A DNA stretch of 44,635 bases from Thermoanaerobaculia bacterium (GTDB lineage Bacteria; Acidobacteriota; Thermoanaerobaculia; Multivoradales; JAHEKO01): NCBI GenBank assembly GCA_945787525.1, contig CALZJC010000018.1:1-44635 (forward strand), in the 5' to 3' direction. This document shows, piece after piece, positions 18,183-28,195 of this stretch (the first letter of the stretch is position 1; every line of letters starts with the position of its first letter). The position numbers and the translations under genes are program-made. Under the pieces are notes generated by a model. That model did no database searches, was not told the DNA's origin, and was given only the letters and a program-made list of their open reading frames with translations.

Positions 18183-18318
18183 CTGCGTCTTCGTAATCCT
18201 CTGATCGAGGACGTACCTCTGGGTGGGCGCAAAAGGGCGTCGGGCGGGCGGCGGATGGCTGTCCCGAAACGCCCTGGTCGCTCGTCTCGCGCTGCCTGTG
18301 CCGCCTTATACTCCTACC

Positions 18319-20994
18319 ATGCGCATTCGGACGAAGCTCGCTACCGCCCTGATTCTCTCTGCTTTCCTCGCGTCTCTCGCTACGGCTGCCGAGCTCGCCG
18401 CGGGTAGCGCTGACACGGGGTATCTGGAGACGGTGCTGCCGAACGGCCTGCGGGTCGCTCTGGACGAGCGGCGCGAGGTGCCGATGGTCAGCGCCACGGC
18501 CATCGTCGGGGCGGGATCCGCCCTCGAGTCGGAGGATTTCTCCGGCGCCTCGCACCTGCTGGAGCACCTGCTCTTCAACGGCACGACGACGATGAGCCAG
18601 GAGGAGCTGTACGCGGCGGTGGATCGCATCGGCGGCTACAGCAACGCCCACACCGACGAGGACCACACCTACTACACGATGCTCGTGCCGGCGGCTCATG
18701 CGGCGAGCGGCCTGGAGATCCAGGCGGCGATGCTGTTCGATTCGACGATTCCCGAGGAGAAGTACGACAAGGAGCGCAAGATCGTGCTCGAGGAGATCGC
18801 CAAGGACCGCTCGCGGCCGGATCACGAGGTCGACCTGGCGATCCGCCAGCGGACCGCGCCGGAGACACCCTATGCCCGACCCGTCATCGGGACCTACGAG
18901 TCGCTGGCCGGGATCGCGCGGGACCGGGTGTGGGAGTACTACAAACGGCGCTATGTGCCCGAGAACATCCTCCTCTTCGTGGCCGGTGACTTCGCCGCCG
19001 GAGAGATGCTGAAGGTGGTCGAGCGGATCTACGATCCGCCCGCCGCCGGAGAGCCCCTGCCGCCGGTGCCCGACCCGTTTGCGGGTCCCGGACAGGGGAC
19101 TCTGACGCGGATCGGCCAGGAGACGCCCTCGGCGGTGGTCACCGTGACGCTTCCGGCCCCTGGCCCGTGTGAGGCCGGCGGTCCCGAGGTGGAGATCATC
19201 GCCGCGGTGCTCTCGAGCGAGGCGGGCCCCCTCCGGCGGGCGGTGCCCGGCGATGAGGCGAGTCGGATCTCCGCCACCCACGTGACGCGACCGGTTGGCA
19301 GCGCGCTGTCGATTCGCGCCGACCTGTTGACCGGCGTCGATCCCGGACCGGTGGCCGAGCGGCTCATCGGAGCCCTGGATGCCACCGGCCGCCGGGGTCT
19401 CGAACAGCCGGGGTTCGGTTCGGTCGAGCTGATGCGGGCCAGCGCCGCCGCGCGTTCGAGACAGCTGCTCATGGGCCAGCGGCTGCACTATCTGGGCATG
19501 ATGGTGGCGGACGCGCTGGGCGCCTGCGGGGGCTCGGTCGCGCCGCTCCTGCGACCCGAGGAACGGGTCGAGCAGACCCCCACGGGCGTGGCAGACACCG
19601 CGGCGGCTCTGTTGGGTGACCTGGCGCGACGGGCCCGAGTCGTGGTGATCGATCCCGGTGGCGGAGCAACGACCACCGGGCCGATACCGGAGCCGGCCAC
19701 GGTTGCGGCGGTCGAATCCCCTCCGTCCGCGGGCCCGACAGCCGCGGATCTCGACCGCACTCTCGACAACGGCATGAGAGTGCTGGTGTCCCAGGAGCCC
19801 GGCACCCAGGTGACCGGTTTCCACCTGCTGATCCGCGACCGGTCGGCGCGGGAGCCCGACGGGCAGGTTGGAATCGCCGATTTGCTGCACCGGCTGTTGC
19901 CCCGCGGCACCCGGCTCTCCGACCGCGGGCAGCTCGAGGCGCGGCTCGAAAGACTGGGTGCCGAGCTCAAGACCGCCGATGCCGACTTCATTCCCTATGA
20001 CGACTACTACACCGATCCCGGCCACTCTTTTGTCCGGCTCGAGGTCCAGGCGGACAACTGGCTGCCGGCGCTCGACCTGTTGGCCGAGCTGGTGAGGCTG
20101 CCGGCGCTCTCCAGGGCCGAGTTCGAGACCCTGCACTCGACTCGCCTGGCCCGCGCCGAAAAGGAGGCCTCGTCCCCGACCGAGGTCGGCCGGTCCGCCT
20201 ACCGGGCTGCGTTGCTCGGCGCCGAACATGCTCTGGCCAGGCCGGTCGTCGGCACGCCGGCGAGCCTGGGCAGCGTGACCCACGAGGCTCTGGTGGACTT
20301 CGCCGGCACCTATCTGGGACCCCGTGCCCTGATCCTGAGCGCCGTCGGGCCGCAGGAGGTCGAGGACGTCTTTGGCGCCGTCGCCGAGCGGTTCGCCTCG
20401 GCGGAGCCGGTTTCCGAGTGGTCGCCGGTGGCGCCCTGGCCGCTGACCGGAGAGGCGGGCCCGGTGGTCGAAGTGGCCCTGGGCGCCGACCAGGCGAAGA
20501 TCTATCTGGGGTTGATCGACGAGGTGGCGCCCGCCGATCGAGCCGCCCTGACGCTGCTCGCGGCCATCGCCTCGGATCGACTGGCCATGACCTTGAGGGA
20601 GGAGCAGGGCCTGGCCTATCGACTGGGCGCTTCGGTGACCTTCTCCGAGACGCCGGCGTTGGCCTGGCTCACCGTCGAGATGGGTACCCGGCCGGAGAAT
20701 CGCGACCAGGCCCTGGACGGGTTGCGCAGCCAGCTGGAGAGCCTGCGCACGAGCATGGTGGACGACGAGCAGATCGAGCGGATACGGGCGGTTCTCGCAA
20801 GCAGGGCGCTGATGCGGCGGATGACGGCGGTCAACCGGGCCCGCTACATCGGTTTGCGGGCCTTCAGCGGGGTTGCGGCGCGGGAGGACCTGGATGCCCT
20901 CGAAGCGCTCGACCGGGTGAGCCGCGATCAGCTCGAGCGTCTCGCCGGTGAATGGCTGGATCCGGCCCGTCACCGGGTGACCGTCGTGCACTGA
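18319..20994 (+). CDS. M16 (pitrilysin/insulinase) family zinc peptidase, exported
   Basis: Signal peptide; LPNGL, GASHLLEHLLFNGT (HxxEH) and ERKIVLEE; second M16 half without HxxEH; LREEQGLAY. Confidence 0.93.
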   Translation: MRIRTKLATALILSAFLASLATAAELAAGSADTGYLETVLPNGLRVALDERREVPMVSATAIVGAGSALESEDFSGASHLLEHLLFNGTTTMSQEELYAAVDRIGGYSNAHTDEDHTYYTMLVPAAHAASGLEIQAAMLFDSTIPEEKYDKERKIVLEEIAKDRSRPDHEVDLAIRQRTAPETPYARPVIGTYESLAGIARDRVWEYYKRRYVPENILLFVAGDFAAGEMLKVVERIYDPPAAGEPLPPVPDPFAGPGQGTLTRIGQETPSAVVTVTLPAPGPCEAGGPEVEIIAAVLSSEAGPLRRAVPGDEASRISATHVTRPVGSALSIRADLLTGVDPGPVAERLIGALDATGRRGLEQPGFGSVELMRASAAARSRQLLMGQRLHYLGMMVADALGACGGSVAPLLRPEERVEQTPTGVADTAAALLGDLARRARVVVIDPGGGATTTGPIPEPATVAAVESPPSAGPTAADLDRTLDNGMRVLVSQEPGTQVTGFHLLIRDRSAREPDGQVGIADLLHRLLPRGTRLSDRGQLEARLERLGAELKTADADFIPYDDYYTDPGHSFVRLEVQADNWLPALDLLAELVRLPALSRAEFETLHSTRLARAEKEASSPTEVGRSAYRAALLGAEHALARPVVGTPASLGSVTHEALVDFAGTYLGPRALILSAVGPQEVEDVFGAVAERFASAEPVSEWSPVAPWPLTGEAGPVVEVALGADQAKIYLGLIDEVAPADRAALTLLAAIASDRLAMTLREEQGLAYRLGASVTFSETPALAWLTVEMGTRPENRDQALDGLRSQLESLRTSMVDDEQIERIRAVLASRALMRRMTAVNRARYIGLRAFSGVAAREDLDALEALDRVSRDQLERLAGEWLDPARHRVTVVH

Positions 20995-21133
20995 GACCGG
21001 GGTGGTCAACCCGGACGAGTTTTGGGCGTAAGCTTATGCAGCCGCTCGAGATGAGCGTCGCACACGACCGCGGTGGTCCCGCTCCTGCGTGGGCTATCGG
21101 ATCTTCGTATCAGATCGACACAGGGAGCAAGCC

Positions 21134-23368
21134 ATGACCCAACAGCCGCCAAGATGCACCACATTGGCAGTCACTCTACTGCTGGCACTCGCCTCGATTG
21201 CGGGGCTGGCGGTGGCCCAGGACGCGGACGATGCCACCCTCGAAGTGACGGTGCGCGACCGCTGGGGCGCGGTGCCGGGGGCCACGGTCCAGGTAACCGA
21301 CCAGGAGCGTGAGTTCGGCCGGCGCCAGACCAGCGACGCCGCCGGATTGGCGACCTTCGCGGCGCTGGCCGCGGGCATCTATCGGGTCGAGGTGGCCCTC
21401 GACGGCTTCGTGCCGTACCTGGAGGAGGGCATCACCCTGGCCGCCGGGGGGCGGGCGACGGTGGAGGCGAGGCTCGCCCTCACCCAGTTCTCCTCATCGG
21501 TCACGGTCACCACCGCCAACCGGCGCGAGCAGCTGCTGCTCGACGTGGCCGAGCCCACGACGCTGATCGACGAGATGCAGATTCTCGACACCGGTGGCCT
21601 GTCGGCGAAGGACGTTCTGGCGGAGCAGGCCGGTTCCGGCATCGTGGTTCAGACCGGCGGCGGCCGGGGGCACGTGTCGATCAACGGGGTCGGCAACGAC
21701 GGCGTTCTGGTGCTGATCGACGGACGGCGTTATCTGGGCCGCGACGGCATCGGCAACTTCAACCTCGAGGATCTCGACCTGTCGGGGGCGGAACGTGTGG
21801 AGGTGGTCAAGGGCGCCGGATCGGCCCTCTACGGCACCGATGCCCTGGGGGGAGTCATCAACATCATCACCAAGAAAGCCGAGCAGGGCACCCGGAACAG
21901 GATCGAGGTGACGGCCGGCTCGCACAGCGACCTGCGGGTAGCGGACAGCTTCAGCAAGCGCACCGGCAAGTACGGGCTCGAGCTCATCGGCTCCTTCCGG
22001 ACCTTCGACGGCTTCGATCTCGACCCGGGTGATCCGCAGCTCCAGGGCGAGCCCAGCAGCGAGCGGCTCGATCTCCAGGTGAACGCGGACCGCCAGCTCT
22101 CCGACGGCATCACCGGCGGCCTGTTTGCCAACTACTCCCGCCGCGAGGTCAGGGACAACTTCTTCACCGGTGCCACGCAGCTCGGGCAGGAGGTCTTCGA
22201 CCAGCAGCTGGACCTGACGCGCTACACCCTGTCGCCCGAGTTCGACTTCGTGCTCTCGCCCAGCACCTCACTCAGCGTCACGCTGACGCAAGGCAAGTAT
22301 GACCGCGACGAGAACGACGTCTACGCCGACCGGGTGGAGGCGGTGCCGTCGTGGCAGGAGTGGAACACCGAGGGCAAGGCCACTGTGCGCCAGGGCTGGC
22401 GGGCGCTGGACCAGGACCAGCTGTTGCAGGTGGGTGTCGAGTTTCGCCGGCAGAAGATGGACCGTTCCGCCCTGCGCCGGCCGGGGACCGACTCGTCGGA
22501 GGTCGATCGCGACCTCAGCGTTGCCTGGTTCCAGCAGGAGCTCAACCTGGGCCCCAAACTGACTCTGGCCGGCGGTCTGCGGTACGACGACGACAGCGAG
22601 TACGGCAGCGAGACGAGCCCCAAGCTCAGCGCGGTCTTCGCCGGCAGTGAGAAGACCCGCCTGCGGGCCAGCTATGGCCACGGCTTTCGGGCGCCGCGGT
22701 TCGGCGAGCTGTTCATCGAGATTCCGTTCTTCTTTGTCGGCAACCCCGACCTGAACCCGGAGACCTCGGACACCCTGACCGCCGGATTCACCTACTTCGG
22801 CGACCGGGTCAAGGCCTCGGTCGATTACTTCGACACCGAGCTCGACAACGCCATCGCCTTCGACTTCGGCAATTTCATCCCGCCCTTCAGCTTCAGGAAC
22901 ATTCCGGGGATCTCGACGCGCCAGGGCTACAACCTCGAGCTGACCGTCGATCTGCCCGGAGGCTTCACCCCGTCTGTCGCGTATACCAAGCTCGACGCCG
23001 AAGACGCCGACGGCGAGAATCTCGGCGGCTTCGCCGAGGACACGGCGTTCTTCAAGCTGCTCTGGCAGGACCCCGGCCGCGGCCTGCGCGCCAACCTGCG
23101 GGCCGAGTACCGTGGCGAGACGAATCCCGGCAGCTTCGACGGCAGCTTTACACCGAGCTACACCCTGTGGAACCTGCAGGCCAGCAAGACCCTGCAGGCG
23201 GCCGGGCGCAAGTACCGCCTGTGGGCGCGAGTCGACAATCTCACTGACGAATCCGACATCTTCCGGCGCGACGCTGCCGGCATGCCGATTCCCGGAGAGC
23301 TTCAGGTCTGGGAGGACGGTCGCAACTACCACGTCGGAGTGGCGATCGATTTCGAGGGGCGGCAGTAA
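21134..23368 (+). CDS. TonB-dependent receptor with N-terminal carboxypeptidase-regulatory-like domain
   Basis: Signal peptide; plug motifs LVLIDG and ERVEVVKGAGSALYGTDALGGVINIIT; GFRAP, GNPDLNPE, VDNL. Confidence 0.93.
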   Translation: MTQQPPRCTTLAVTLLLALASIAGLAVAQDADDATLEVTVRDRWGAVPGATVQVTDQEREFGRRQTSDAAGLATFAALAAGIYRVEVALDGFVPYLEEGITLAAGGRATVEARLALTQFSSSVTVTTANRREQLLLDVAEPTTLIDEMQILDTGGLSAKDVLAEQAGSGIVVQTGGGRGHVSINGVGNDGVLVLIDGRRYLGRDGIGNFNLEDLDLSGAERVEVVKGAGSALYGTDALGGVINIITKKAEQGTRNRIEVTAGSHSDLRVADSFSKRTGKYGLELIGSFRTFDGFDLDPGDPQLQGEPSSERLDLQVNADRQLSDGITGGLFANYSRREVRDNFFTGATQLGQEVFDQQLDLTRYTLSPEFDFVLSPSTSLSVTLTQGKYDRDENDVYADRVEAVPSWQEWNTEGKATVRQGWRALDQDQLLQVGVEFRRQKMDRSALRRPGTDSSEVDRDLSVAWFQQELNLGPKLTLAGGLRYDDDSEYGSETSPKLSAVFAGSEKTRLRASYGHGFRAPRFGELFIEIPFFFVGNPDLNPETSDTLTAGFTYFGDRVKASVDYFDTELDNAIAFDFGNFIPPFSFRNIPGISTRQGYNLELTVDLPGGFTPSVAYTKLDAEDADGENLGGFAEDTAFFKLLWQDPGRGLRANLRAEYRGETNPGSFDGSFTPSYTLWNLQASKTLQAAGRKYRLWARVDNLTDESDIFRRDAAGMPIPGELQVWEDGRNYHVGVAIDFEGRQ

Positions 23369-23425
23369 GGGGTAGCGGACCTACCTGCAGCGCTGCTTGC
23401 GGCGCCAGGACGAGGAGACCAGCTG

Positions 23426-26400
23426 ATGCTCGAACGAAGCCTGGCGGCGATCTGCCTGTTGGCCTGCGCTGGTCCGGTCGCGGCCGGAGAGCGCATCCGG
23501 CACGAGATGACGGTCGACCTCGATCCGGTTTCGCATCGCCTCGAAGTGAGTGACCGGGTGACCTTGGGTGCGGTGCCGGAGGGCGGGGCGGTGGAGTTCC
23601 TCCTCAACTCCGCTCTCGAGATTCGCCTGAGCGAGCCCGCCGTCACCGAGGTGCCCTTGGGCGACGTCGAGGCGTTTTTCGGCATCAACACCAGCCCGGA
23701 GGAGTCGGACCGGGCGCCACTGACCCGCTATCGGGTGGAGTCGGTGCCGGAGGGAGGCGGTCTCACCCTGGTGTACGAGGGCGTCTTCGACTTCGGGCTC
23801 TCGGATCAGAAAGAGGAGTACACGCGCGGCTTTCGCTCCACCATCGGCATGCTCGGCGAAGAGGGCGTGTTCCTCGGCGGAAGCAGCTTCTGGTACCCGT
23901 ACTTCGACGATCGGCTGGTGGAGTTCCAGCTGAGTGTGGGTCTGCCCGCGGACTGGCACGTCATCAGCCAGGGCGACGGCACGTCGCGCGACGAGGGCGG
24001 CCGCGCCCAGTGGGACTCGCAGGGCCCCATGGACGAGATCTACCTGGTCGGCGGGCCGCTGGACGTCTATCGCGACGCGGCCGGTGCGGTCGAGGCGCTG
24101 GTCTACCTGCGCCAGCCGGACGCCTCGCTGGCCGGCAAGTACCTGGCCGCGACATCGCAGTACGTCGAGATGTACCGCAATCTCATCGGTCCCTACCCCT
24201 ACGGCAAGTTCGCCCTGGTCGAGAACTTCTGGGAGACCGGCTACGGCATGCCCTCGTTCACCCTGCTCGGCCCCACCGTCATCCGCTTCCCGTTCATCCT
24301 GCACTCCTCGTATCCGCACGAGATCCTGCACAACTGGTGGGGCAACTCGGTCTTCGTCGACTACGAGACCGGCAACTGGTGCGAGGGCTTGACCGCCTAC
24401 ATGGCCGACCACCTGATCAAGGAGCAGCGGGGCCAGGGAGAGGCCTACCGGCGGGACGCGCTGCAGAAGTACCGGGACTACGTCAAAGAGGGCAAGGACT
24501 TCCCGCTGAGCGAGTTTCGCTCGCGCCACAGCTCGGCCACCGAGGCGGTCGGTTACGGCAAGACGCTGATGGTCTTCCACATGCTGCGCCGGCAGGTCGG
24601 AGACGACGCCTTCCGCCGGGCGATGGCCCGTGTCTACCGGGGCTTTCGCGGCAAGAAGGCCTCGTTTGCGGACCTCCGGGAGGCCTTCGAATCGGAGACT
24701 GGCGAGGAGCTCGGGCGTTTCTTCGAGCAGTGGGTGATGCGACCGGGCGCCCCTGTGCTGGGCGTTGACGTCACCTCGGTGCGGGAGGGAGCGGGCGGCT
24801 ACACCGTGACCGGGTCCCTCAGCCAGTCCGGGGACGGGGAGCCGTTCGCCGTCAGCGTGCCGTTCGCTTTGCACACCGCCTCGGGCACTCTGGAGTCGGT
24901 CGTGCAGATCGCCGCTGGCCGCATCCCGTTCGAGATCCACAGCAGCGCCGAGCCGTTGGTCCTCGAGGTCGATCCCCAGTTCGACGTCTTCCGCCAGCTC
25001 GATCCGCGCGAGACCCCGCCGTCGATCGGTCGCATCTTCGGCGAGGCGGAGATCCTGGCGGTTCTGCCTGAGGCCGCCCCCGCCGCGGCGATCGAGCGTT
25101 ACCGGGAGCTGATGGAGGCTTGGCAGAGCGCGGCGCATTCGATCGAGGTGAGGCTCGACACCGAGGTGACCGAGCTGCCCGAGGATCGCTCGATATGGGT
25201 TCTGGGCGCGGCGAATCGCTTCGCCGCTCCGCTGTTCGCCGAGGATCCGCCGGCAGGGCTGACGGTAAGCCGGGAGGCGGTCGGCTTCGGCGACGAAAGC
25301 ACTCCGCTGGCCGGCCATTCGGTGGTCGTCATCCGCCGCCACCCGGACCATCTCGAGAAAGCGATCGGCTGGCTGGTCGTCGAGCCGGAGGCGGCCTTCC
25401 CCGGCATGGGGCGCAAGCTGCCCCACTATGGCAAGTACTCCTATCTGGCCTTCGAAGGTGACGAGCCGACCAACGTCATCAAGGGGCAGTGGCCGGCGTC
25501 GAGCTCGCCGCTGCGCGTCGATCTGCGCCCGGCCGACCGCCGAGCGGAGCCGCTGACCGCCTCTGCCCTCGACCAGCGGGCAGCTCTGGCGGAGCTGCCA
25601 CCGGTCTTCTCATCCCGGGCGCTGATGGAGCACGTCACGTTTCTGGCCTCGCCCGAGCTCGAAGGCCGCGGGGTCGGGGGCGACGGGCTGCAGAAGGCGG
25701 CCGAGTACGTCGCGCAGCGGTTCGCGGCCGCGGGACTCGTGCCGGGTGGCGGCGATGACGGCTGGTTTCAGGTCGTCGAGGTGCCCAGCGGTCCCGACGG
25801 AGAGCCGGCCGAGGTGGTCAACGTCGTCGGCTATCTACCGGGTGCCAACGCGGACTGGTCGGATCAATCGGTGATCGTCGGCGCGCACTACGATCACCTG
25901 GGCCGTGGGTGGCCCGATGTGCATCAGGGGGATGAAGGAAAGATCCACCCCGGAGCCGACGACAACGCCAGCGGCGTGGCCGTCCTCCTCGAGCTCGCCG
26001 CCAACCTGGCCTCGGGGGACCCGCCGGCGCGCAACCTGGTGTTCGTCGCCTTCGCCGCCGAGGAGGCGGGCCGGATCGGCTCGCGCCACTACGTCGACCA
26101 GGGCGCGCCGTTCCCGACCGCGGGCATCCGCGCCGTGGTCAACCTGGACACGGTGGGCCGACTGTTCGATCAGAAGGTGTCGATCCTCGGCACCGGAACG
26201 GCCACCGAGTGGCAGCACATCTTCCGCGGCTCGAGCTTCGTCACCGGTGTCGAGAGCCGCAATGTGCCCCAGTCCGCCGAGGCCTCGGACCAGATGAGCT
26301 TCATCGAGCAGGCAATCCCGGGAGTCCAGATCTTCACCCAGGCCCATCTCGACTACCATCGAGCCACCGACACGGCGGAGAAGATCGACCCGGCCGGCCT

Positions 26401-26599
26401 GGTCAAGGTGGCGACGCTGGTGAAGGAGGCCGTCGCCTACCTGGCCGAACGAGAGGAGCCGCTGACGGTGACCATCGAGGCCACGGCGCGGGACTTCTCC
26501 GAGGCGTTGAAGAGCCTCGCGGCCGGCGATACGGTCCAGACGACGGTGCTGCGAGAGGGTGAGCAGATCACCGTACCGGTGACGGTCGAGGCGCGATAG
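23426..26599 (+). CDS. Fused M1 aminopeptidase / M28 peptidase with a partial PDZ-like tail
   Basis: M1 HEILHNWW...EGL motif; M28 GAHYDHLG, GADDNASG, AAEE, NLD and DYH motifs; tail FSEALKSLAAGDTVQTTVLREG. Confidence 0.9.
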   Translation: MLERSLAAICLLACAGPVAAGERIRHEMTVDLDPVSHRLEVSDRVTLGAVPEGGAVEFLLNSALEIRLSEPAVTEVPLGDVEAFFGINTSPEESDRAPLTRYRVESVPEGGGLTLVYEGVFDFGLSDQKEEYTRGFRSTIGMLGEEGVFLGGSSFWYPYFDDRLVEFQLSVGLPADWHVISQGDGTSRDEGGRAQWDSQGPMDEIYLVGGPLDVYRDAAGAVEALVYLRQPDASLAGKYLAATSQYVEMYRNLIGPYPYGKFALVENFWETGYGMPSFTLLGPTVIRFPFILHSSYPHEILHNWWGNSVFVDYETGNWCEGLTAYMADHLIKEQRGQGEAYRRDALQKYRDYVKEGKDFPLSEFRSRHSSATEAVGYGKTLMVFHMLRRQVGDDAFRRAMARVYRGFRGKKASFADLREAFESETGEELGRFFEQWVMRPGAPVLGVDVTSVREGAGGYTVTGSLSQSGDGEPFAVSVPFALHTASGTLESVVQIAAGRIPFEIHSSAEPLVLEVDPQFDVFRQLDPRETPPSIGRIFGEAEILAVLPEAAPAAAIERYRELMEAWQSAAHSIEVRLDTEVTELPEDRSIWVLGAANRFAAPLFAEDPPAGLTVSREAVGFGDESTPLAGHSVVVIRRHPDHLEKAIGWLVVEPEAAFPGMGRKLPHYGKYSYLAFEGDEPTNVIKGQWPASSSPLRVDLRPADRRAEPLTASALDQRAALAELPPVFSSRALMEHVTFLASPELEGRGVGGDGLQKAAEYVAQRFAAAGLVPGGGDDGWFQVVEVPSGPDGEPAEVVNVVGYLPGANADWSDQSVIVGAHYDHLGRGWPDVHQGDEGKIHPGADDNASGVAVLLELAANLASGDPPARNLVFVAFAAEEAGRIGSRHYVDQGAPFPTAGIRAVVNLDTVGRLFDQKVSILGTGTATEWQHIFRGSSFVTGVESRNVPQSAEASDQMSFIEQAIPGVQIFTQAHLDYHRATDTAEKIDPAGLVKVATLVKEAVAYLAEREEPLTVTIEATARDFSEALKSLAAGDTVQTTVLREGEQITVPVTVEAR

Positions 26600-26623
26600 C
26601 TCGCGCAGCGCCGGGTCCTGCCC

Positions 26624-27301
26624 ATGCCGAGAGAGCATCGAATGGCCGCCGGCCGGTCGTCCGTATCGCTGGTCCTGGGCTTCACGGCGCTGGTGCTCGG
26701 TTCGGCCAGCGCTGGCGGCGACGAGCCGCAGACGGCCGCACCGCCGCCGTCATCGCTGGTGCGGGCCGCCGTCGGAATCGAGCACCGCGATGCGGGGCAT
26801 CTCCGGCCCCAGGAGCGGCGGCCGAATCCGCGGTTCACCGGCAACGGCGACGGTACGGTGACGGACAACCTGACGGGCCTGATCTGGCTGCAGGACGCGA
26901 GCTGCGCCACCCTGCCGCGAACGGATGACGCTGGCAGGGCGTTCGGGGCGATAGCGGTTTCGGCCGCCCTCGACCTGGCCGATCCCGAGTGCGGTCTCTC
27001 CGACGGTTCTCAGGCCGGGGATTGGCGCCTGCCGAGCCGCTTCGAGCTGGAGAGCCTGCTGGATCTGGAGTTCCACGACCCGGCGCTGTCGAATGCGGCG
27101 GGCACGGCGAAGTGGAGTGCCGGCGACCCGTTCTCCGGCGTCGAGTCGTCCTGCTACTGGTCGTCGGTTGCCCTGGCCAGCGACCCCACCTACGTCTGGT
27201 GCGTCGACCTCCTCGACGGCCTGGTCTTCTACGTCTACGAGGTCCACTACTACTACGTCTGGCCGGTTCGGGAAACGCGGGAAATGCAGGAAATGCAGTG
27301 A
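26624..27301 (+). CDS. DUF1566 (Lcl C-terminal-like) domain protein
   Basis: RFTGNGDGTVTDNLTGLIW, DWRLPSRFELESL, YWSS, YVWPVR. Confidence 0.9.
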   Translation: MPREHRMAAGRSSVSLVLGFTALVLGSASAGGDEPQTAAPPPSSLVRAAVGIEHRDAGHLRPQERRPNPRFTGNGDGTVTDNLTGLIWLQDASCATLPRTDDAGRAFGAIAVSAALDLADPECGLSDGSQAGDWRLPSRFELESLLDLEFHDPALSNAAGTAKWSAGDPFSGVESSCYWSSVALASDPTYVWCVDLLDGLVFYVYEVHYYYVWPVRETREMQEMQ

Positions 27302-27314
27302 CAGGCTACTCATT
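27271..27314. repeat. Solo end of the TIR element with GGAAATGCA stutters
   Basis: GCAGTGACAGGCTACTCATT (27295-27314, 19/20 match to the TIR) preceded by GGAAACGCG GGAAATGCA GGAAAT. Confidence 0.8.
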
Positions 27315-27449
27315 TCGCCAGCGTGGGGCTGCCGAAACCGTCATCGAGCGAGCGGCGCACTGGCCCGCGAGCCATCGCGGTGCGGCCCGTAGACGGGTCG
27401 GGCTTGCTATGGTTGGCGCCTCGAGCCAACTGATCTGGAGGGCCACACG

Positions 27450-28088
27450 ATGGCGAGCGACAAAGATCTGGCCGTTCTCGGGCGGGGAGTCGAGGAGTGG
27501 AACGCCTGGCGGAACCAGACCGCGGGATGCCCCTGCGACCTCATGGGGGCCGACCTCAGGGGGGCGGACCTCAGGGGGGCGAACCTCCGCCACGCGAAGC
27601 TCGGCGGAGCGGACCTCGGCAGGGCGGATCTCCGCGGGGCGCAACTCCAGCGGGCGGAGCTCGGCGGGGCACAGCTCGGCGGGGCGAACCTCAGCGGGGC
27701 GGATCTCGGCGACGTCGACCTCAGCGGGGCGGATCTCGGCGACGCGGACCTCGGCGAAGCGGATCTCAGCCGGGCCAACCTCGACGGGGCCAACCTCAGC
27801 GGGGCGAAACTCGCCGGGGCGGATCTGACCAAGGCCCGACACCTGACCAGGCAGCAGTTGGACACCGCGCTGCTGGACTCATCCGTGAGAGGCCTGTCGG
27901 AAGACCTGACGGATCGACGTTTCGGCAAGGAGCGCCGGGAGAAGAGTAGCGGCCTCCGGAACGCACCCCTCTTCAGGCTCTGGCTGAATCGCCGGAAGGG
28001 CAAGGCGCGGCGGAGGCGGGAAGACTCTTTGGGGCCGGCTGATCCCGGCACTCGGCAAGGGCTTCCTCGAGGTGAGCTGCCAGAGTAG
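27450..28088 (+). CDS. Pentapeptide repeat protein
   Basis: GVEEWNAWR followed by tandem A(D/N)LxG pentapeptides; C-terminal tail may be degenerate. Confidence 0.88.
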   Translation: MASDKDLAVLGRGVEEWNAWRNQTAGCPCDLMGADLRGADLRGANLRHAKLGGADLGRADLRGAQLQRAELGGAQLGGANLSGADLGDVDLSGADLGDADLGEADLSRANLDGANLSGAKLAGADLTKARHLTRQQLDTALLDSSVRGLSEDLTDRRFGKERREKSSGLRNAPLFRLWLNRRKGKARRRREDSLGPADPGTRQGLPRGELPE

Positions 28089-28195
28089 CGCGCCCCGCCT
28101 TTCGGGGTGTTGCGGTGACTCCCCAACCGGCGCGAGGCTTGGGCCGTGGCGAGGGTAGGGCCTCGTCTCGCTCGGCGGGCGAGAGGTGCAGGCGG

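Noticed and set aside
17986-21009. 1007-aa minus-strand ORF, and similar long antisense ORFs (23381-25426, 27407-29221, 32733-34064, 34164-35624)
   Set aside because: Shadow ORFs opposite well-supported genes, expected in high-GC DNA; no recognisable motifs.
27545-27830. 15-bp periodic DNA repeat
   Set aside because: Fully explained by pentapeptide-repeat coding.
26624-28088. Complete DGR cassette
   Set aside because: No reverse transcriptase, Avd or AAC-rich template repeat was seen in the window; only a possible target gene is reported.
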